Shown piece by piece: positions 61,479 to 64,000 of a stretch of 64,000 nt of DNA. Numbering within the stretch: position 1 is the stretch's first letter; each line of letters begins with the position of its first letter. The stretch covers positions 60,636,001 to 60,700,000 of the forward strand of contig NC_086116.1 in assembly GCF_963921235.1 (NCBI RefSeq), written 5' to 3'. The DNA comes from Mobula hypostoma (lineage: Eukaryota). A program made the position numbers and the translations under genes. The notes below the pieces were generated by a model. The model was not told the origin of the DNA, made no database searches, and saw only the letters and a list, made by a program, of their open reading frames with translations.

Positions 61479-63289
61479 ATGATGGATCTTCAGAGATATT
61501 GAAACCCAGGAATTTGAAATTGCTCACCCTTTTTTCACTTCTGATCCCTCGATGAGGACTGGTGTGTGTTCCCTCAACTTCTCCCTTCCTAAACTCCACA
61601 ATCAATTCCTTGGTATTACTGAGGCTGAGTGCAGGGTTATTACTGCCACACCACTCAGCCAGCTGATCTATCTCACTCGTGTACTCCTGCAGCATGACGA
61701 ACCCACCCCTTCACTATCACAGCAGACCCTCTGAGGTGGTGGCAGAGTTCAGTTCCTTCCACACTCCAAAGATGTATGGGTTAGTGGGTTAATTGGTTAT
61801 TGTAAATTGTCCTGTGATTAGACTGAGGTTAAATAAGAAGGTTTCTGGGTGGTGCAGCTTGTTGGGCCGGAAGGACCGTTATCTCTAAATAATAATAAGA
61901 TAAAAAGAAATGATAGGGGATAGAATGAAGCGCAGAGAAATTATAAAACCTGCTGATTTAATGAGTTCTTCATGATTGAATTCATGATGTCCCTGGTGCA
62001 TTTGAGCTAACATATTTATTCCTTGCAAACTATACTTTCAAAACTTGAACAGGAGAATTGTCAAAGTAAATTTATTATCCAAGTGCATATATATGAATGC
62101 GATTCATTTTCCCGAGATTCATTTTCTTGCAGGCATTCATCATAGAGCAAGGAAAGGCAACAGAATCAATGAAAAACTACACACAAAGACTGACAAACAG
62201 CCAGTGTGCAAAAGAAGACAAACTCTGCAAACTGTGCAAATTATAATAACAAAAAAAAGTAAACAAATAATACTGAAAACTTGAGTTGTATAGTCCTTGA
62301 AAGTGAGTCCATTGGTTGTGGAACCAGTTCAGTATTGTGGTGAGTGAAGTTATCCATGCTGAAACAGAAGGAATTTGTTTTCCACTTCCTCAAGTGAAGA
62401 GTTAATTCAAAATAAGCTCAACCAGTATTGTTCCAAAAATCAAGTCCAAATGTTAGTTTTTGTTCTCACATTAATTTATTAGCAGTCCTTCCCCGAACGT
62501 CCAAGTGACCGAATGCATTCTAATGAGGTTTAATGTTTGCTTGCTATGCAACGGGGGTCAAAGTGCCGCAAGTATTTGAGACAGTGGTGGTTACACTTAA
62601 CATGGTGAGGGGGAGCTCAATGCAGCTCTGGAAATCAGGACTCGGAAAACAAGGCACTAAAGAGGCTGATTAGAAAGCTGTGCAGCCACTTGATGTCAGT
62701 GTGGCCTCTGCGGTTACTTGATTCAAAGCAATTTTAAAGCAATCTAAAATCAGTGTGTTTGTATGTAAAGGCACATTGTGGACAACTGCCTAACTCGAGT
62801 GAATTAAAACCTTCTACTGCTTTCTGAAGCATTCTGTTCTCTGTGTACTTGGTTGAAGTGGGGCTCTCGGTTCCTTAGTGCCTTAACAAGGGTTTGTTCT
62901 TCTGTTGTGGGCAGTTTTTGACCGTGAATGTGTTTGGCATTTGACCGTAGGAGGAGATTTTATCCTGGCCTTGGCCTGAACTTTGTGTGTTACCAAAGTA
63001 ATTGGGAAACGGAAACTTGGCCGACACTCTATTTCAGTTTGTTCCTTTTCCAATCCCAGAGAGCTATAGACCCGGTTTATCAGAGCACACCGTTATCCTG
63101 ACATAGATCCATCGATTCAGTACAGACCAGAGGACTTAGCATTTGATCCAGAGGCTGGTATAACGTTGGATGTGCAATGGACTTAGCCGTTTTTATCATC
63201 AGAATTATAAGAGTTGGATTCCACAGGTACATCAAGTAGAAACCTATTTTCTTGTGTTATGGGTATATTAGAGTCAAGATTTGCCTTTA

Positions 63290-63505
63290 TTATGTATTTA
63301 TTGATTGAGATACAGTGCAGAACAAGCCTTTCCGCCCCTTCGAGCCACACCACCCAGAAAGCCCCGATTCAATCCTAGCCTAATCACAGGACAATTTGCA
63401 ATGACCAATTAACCTATCAACTGGTGGGTCTTTGGACTGTGGGAGGAAACCAGGGCACCCAGAGGGAAGAACATATAGATTCCTTACAGACAGTGGCAGG
63501 AGTGC
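63290..63505 (-). mobile_element. V-SINE fragment
   Basis: caatgaccaattaacc..tctttggactgtgggaggaaacc. Confidence 0.75.
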
Positions 63506-64000
63506 TGTAGTATTACATAAGCACTTCTTTGGTAGAAGATTTGTCTCCCATTATGTTGGTCTGATGTATACAGTATTGTAGAGTGACACAGCACGGACAT
63601 TGTCCCTTCAGCCCAACTCTTTCATACTATCTAAGGTGCCCATTTCTACTCATCCCATTTGCCTTATATCCTTTTGACCCCTTTTTCTCCATGTAGCTGT
63701 CCAAATTTTTTGTAACTTTTGTGTTTGCATTATATGGCAGCTCATTTCATCTATGCACTGCCCTCTATATGAAGACATTTTCTCCTCTCACCTTTATATG
63801 TGAGTCACACTGGGTAAGATCAAATCGGCCATTGACTCCTGTGGTAGAGCTTGGGCCTCTAGGTCAGAAGGTTGTGTTTTCAAGCTCAATTCCAGAGGCA
63901 AACACATAATGTTGACTCGTTGAATAGAATAGAAAGAGGGAACTGTATTGTTGGAAGTGGCCATTATTGTGTGAGATGTGTCTACAATCAACTCCTTAGT

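Noticed and set aside
60808-61695. 295-aa ORF as a host or domesticated gene
   Set aside because: A chance in-frame fusion of two retroelement fragments and a tandem repeat, lacking the RT catalytic core.
36003-64000. Next plexin coding exon (expected to begin IRVDG-like)
   Set aside because: Not found by eye or in the ORF track, so the intron most likely extends beyond the window. A short exon could have been missed.

Overview
Vertebrate genomic DNA. The repeat landscape (CR1, Rex1/Babar-type, RTE, V-SINE, CORE-SINE, Tc1 and pogo-like MITEs, Penelope-like elements) suggests a cartilaginous fish, probably a ray; this is an inference. The only supported host gene is the 5' part of plexin A4 on the + strand. 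Its first coding exon is at 17593-18759 and the next at 35820-36002, followed by a long intron that runs out of the window. The gene start lies in an ~11 kb CpG-retaining, almost transposon-free domain (about 7450-18860, with a 130-N gap) containing several candidate promoters and non-coding first exons. Most other ORFs in the track are transposon fragments or chance. The most striking unannotated structure is a set of about 11 short Penelope-derived insertions. Most carry a decayed minimal hammerhead-ribozyme motif (CAGTC-CTGATGA-stem II-GAAAC-GTC-GACTG), five are inverted pairs, and several have 10-14 bp target-site duplications. All calls were made by eye, without database searches or folding software, so family names and boundaries of old repeats are approximate.
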